Shown: in pieces, positions 62,823 to 64,000 of the stretch
Numbering within the stretch: the first letter of the stretch is position 1
Layout: each line of letters starts with the position of its first letter
Source of the DNA: Veleropilina oligotropha
Taxonomy: Eukaryota
NCBI GenBank assembly: GCA_048128005.1
Contig: JBEUKZ010000096.1
Coordinates: 496,001 to 560,000 of the forward strand
DNA: 64,000 bases
Reading direction: 5' to 3'
The notes under the pieces: generated by a model
Database searches by the model: none
Told to the model about the DNA's origin: nothing
The model's input: only the letters and a program-made list of their open reading frames with translations
Position numbers and translations under genes: made by a program

Positions 62823-63691
62823 GTAAGTGCTGATGCTACAATATTTTTGACAGAAGAAAATATGCTGTGTGTAATCACTTTAAGGTTGGTTTTCCTGTAT
62901 TCTGCCACACAAATAGATTTGTTCAATTCTTGCTCTGATGTGACTTTATAATAAAAATATTATTAGGGCTATTCCATTTAATTTTGTATCACCCCCAAGG
63001 GCGGCAGGTCACTTGTTAATTCCAGGGTGGTTGGTATCGGGAAATTGTGAAATTTCAGGGTGGTTACTGGATCAAATAATTCGATATCCAGGATGGTTTG
63101 GTGGTGAATTTTCGCTGCTATATATGAAGGGTGGGTGGTTACTTGAAACTCATATTATTTTAGAAGGGTGGGTGGTCCGAAATTTGTATGATGCATGGGT
63201 TGTGACTTGCCGTTTGGTATTAAAATGTGTATGATGTTGATACTGTCGCACTTTGTCGTATGTAATGTTTACAATGCAATAAACTAGTTCATTATTGTTT
63301 TAAATGAAAATACGATGTAATAAACTATTTAACTACTGTTACTTGCCTATTTGTATGAATAAACATTATTTTCACCACTTATTTGTTCAACTTTATTCCG
63401 TTATAAGTCTGCCGAAACCCTGTTAAACTTCCGTCAGCCATGCTTGTTTGTATAGAGTTCTGGGTTCAGTTCAATGAAAGCGAACGTTAGCTAACGTAAC
63501 AGTCGTTACCTAGACGCTTTGAGATATAATGAACGCCAGTTGACACTTCAGTTACTGTACATACTGATAGGCACATACCCATCTTAAAATTAATTACCCC
63601 TCCCTGATTTGTTTTTTTGGATTACAGGATGAAGAAACAGCAGTCGAAAATACCAAAATGTTGAATGCTATGCTATTCTTTCACATCTATT

Positions 63692-64000
63692 TTATTATCC
63701 CCCGCGGCTTCCGAAGGGGGATATAGGGATAGCCTCCGTCCGTCCGGTCACACTTTTGGTTAAAGTTTTTGGATGCGGAATTACATGCATTTAATGGATG
63801 AATAACTCAATAAAACCTTTTTAGATGGAAAGTAGAAATCTTTAGCCTTTAGCTGGAACCAAAAATGAAAAGATTTTTTTTTTATTTTGTGAAAAAAAGC
63901 ACTTTGAACATAGACATTTTTCGGTTAAAGTTTTTGGTTAAAGTTTTTCTTTTGAGTGTATATCGATTGCTCAAGGCTTTAGTAATGGTTATATGGATGT
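63692..64000 (+). mobile_element. HINE-like element 5' end (runs off window)
   Basis: tatcccc..ggggata hairpin, (cgtc)n, tttggttaaagtt units as at 21101. Confidence 0.75.

Overview
AT-rich metazoan (probably mollusc/lophotrochozoan) genomic DNA, mostly transposon-derived. (1) 1-10215: a GC/CpG-rich DIRS1-type tyrosine-recombinase retrotransposon (gag; RT-RNase H-adenine-methylase-like pol; intact YR; ICR and right ITR; left ITR lies upstream of the window). It is broken by a 2.6-kb patchwork insert (virus/Polinton-like fragment, Helentron-type repeat pieces, LINE RT relic) sitting between two copies of a 1.07-kb duplication. (2) A + strand host transglutaminase gene with six phase-consistent coding exons (32539-62822, catalytic GQCWVF), continuing beyond the window, plus a candidate alternative first coding exon at 12142-12371. 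(3) The 20.9-kb fifth intron is almost entirely one nested stack: CORE-SINE > Helentron-associated element > 19-kb CCC..GGG EnSpm/CACTA-like element > satellite > SINE > near-intact CR1-group LINE carrying a 2A-like motif. The 19-kb element also holds a second LINE-in-SINE, a MULE-type MITE and nested Kolobok-like elements. (4) Scattered Tc1 and mariner relics, 5-bp-TSD hAT-like MITEs, a Helitron, SINEs and palindromic elements. No CRISPR, rRNA or true tRNA genes. All coordinates and identities were read by eye; family names need Dfam/Repbase/HMM confirmation.
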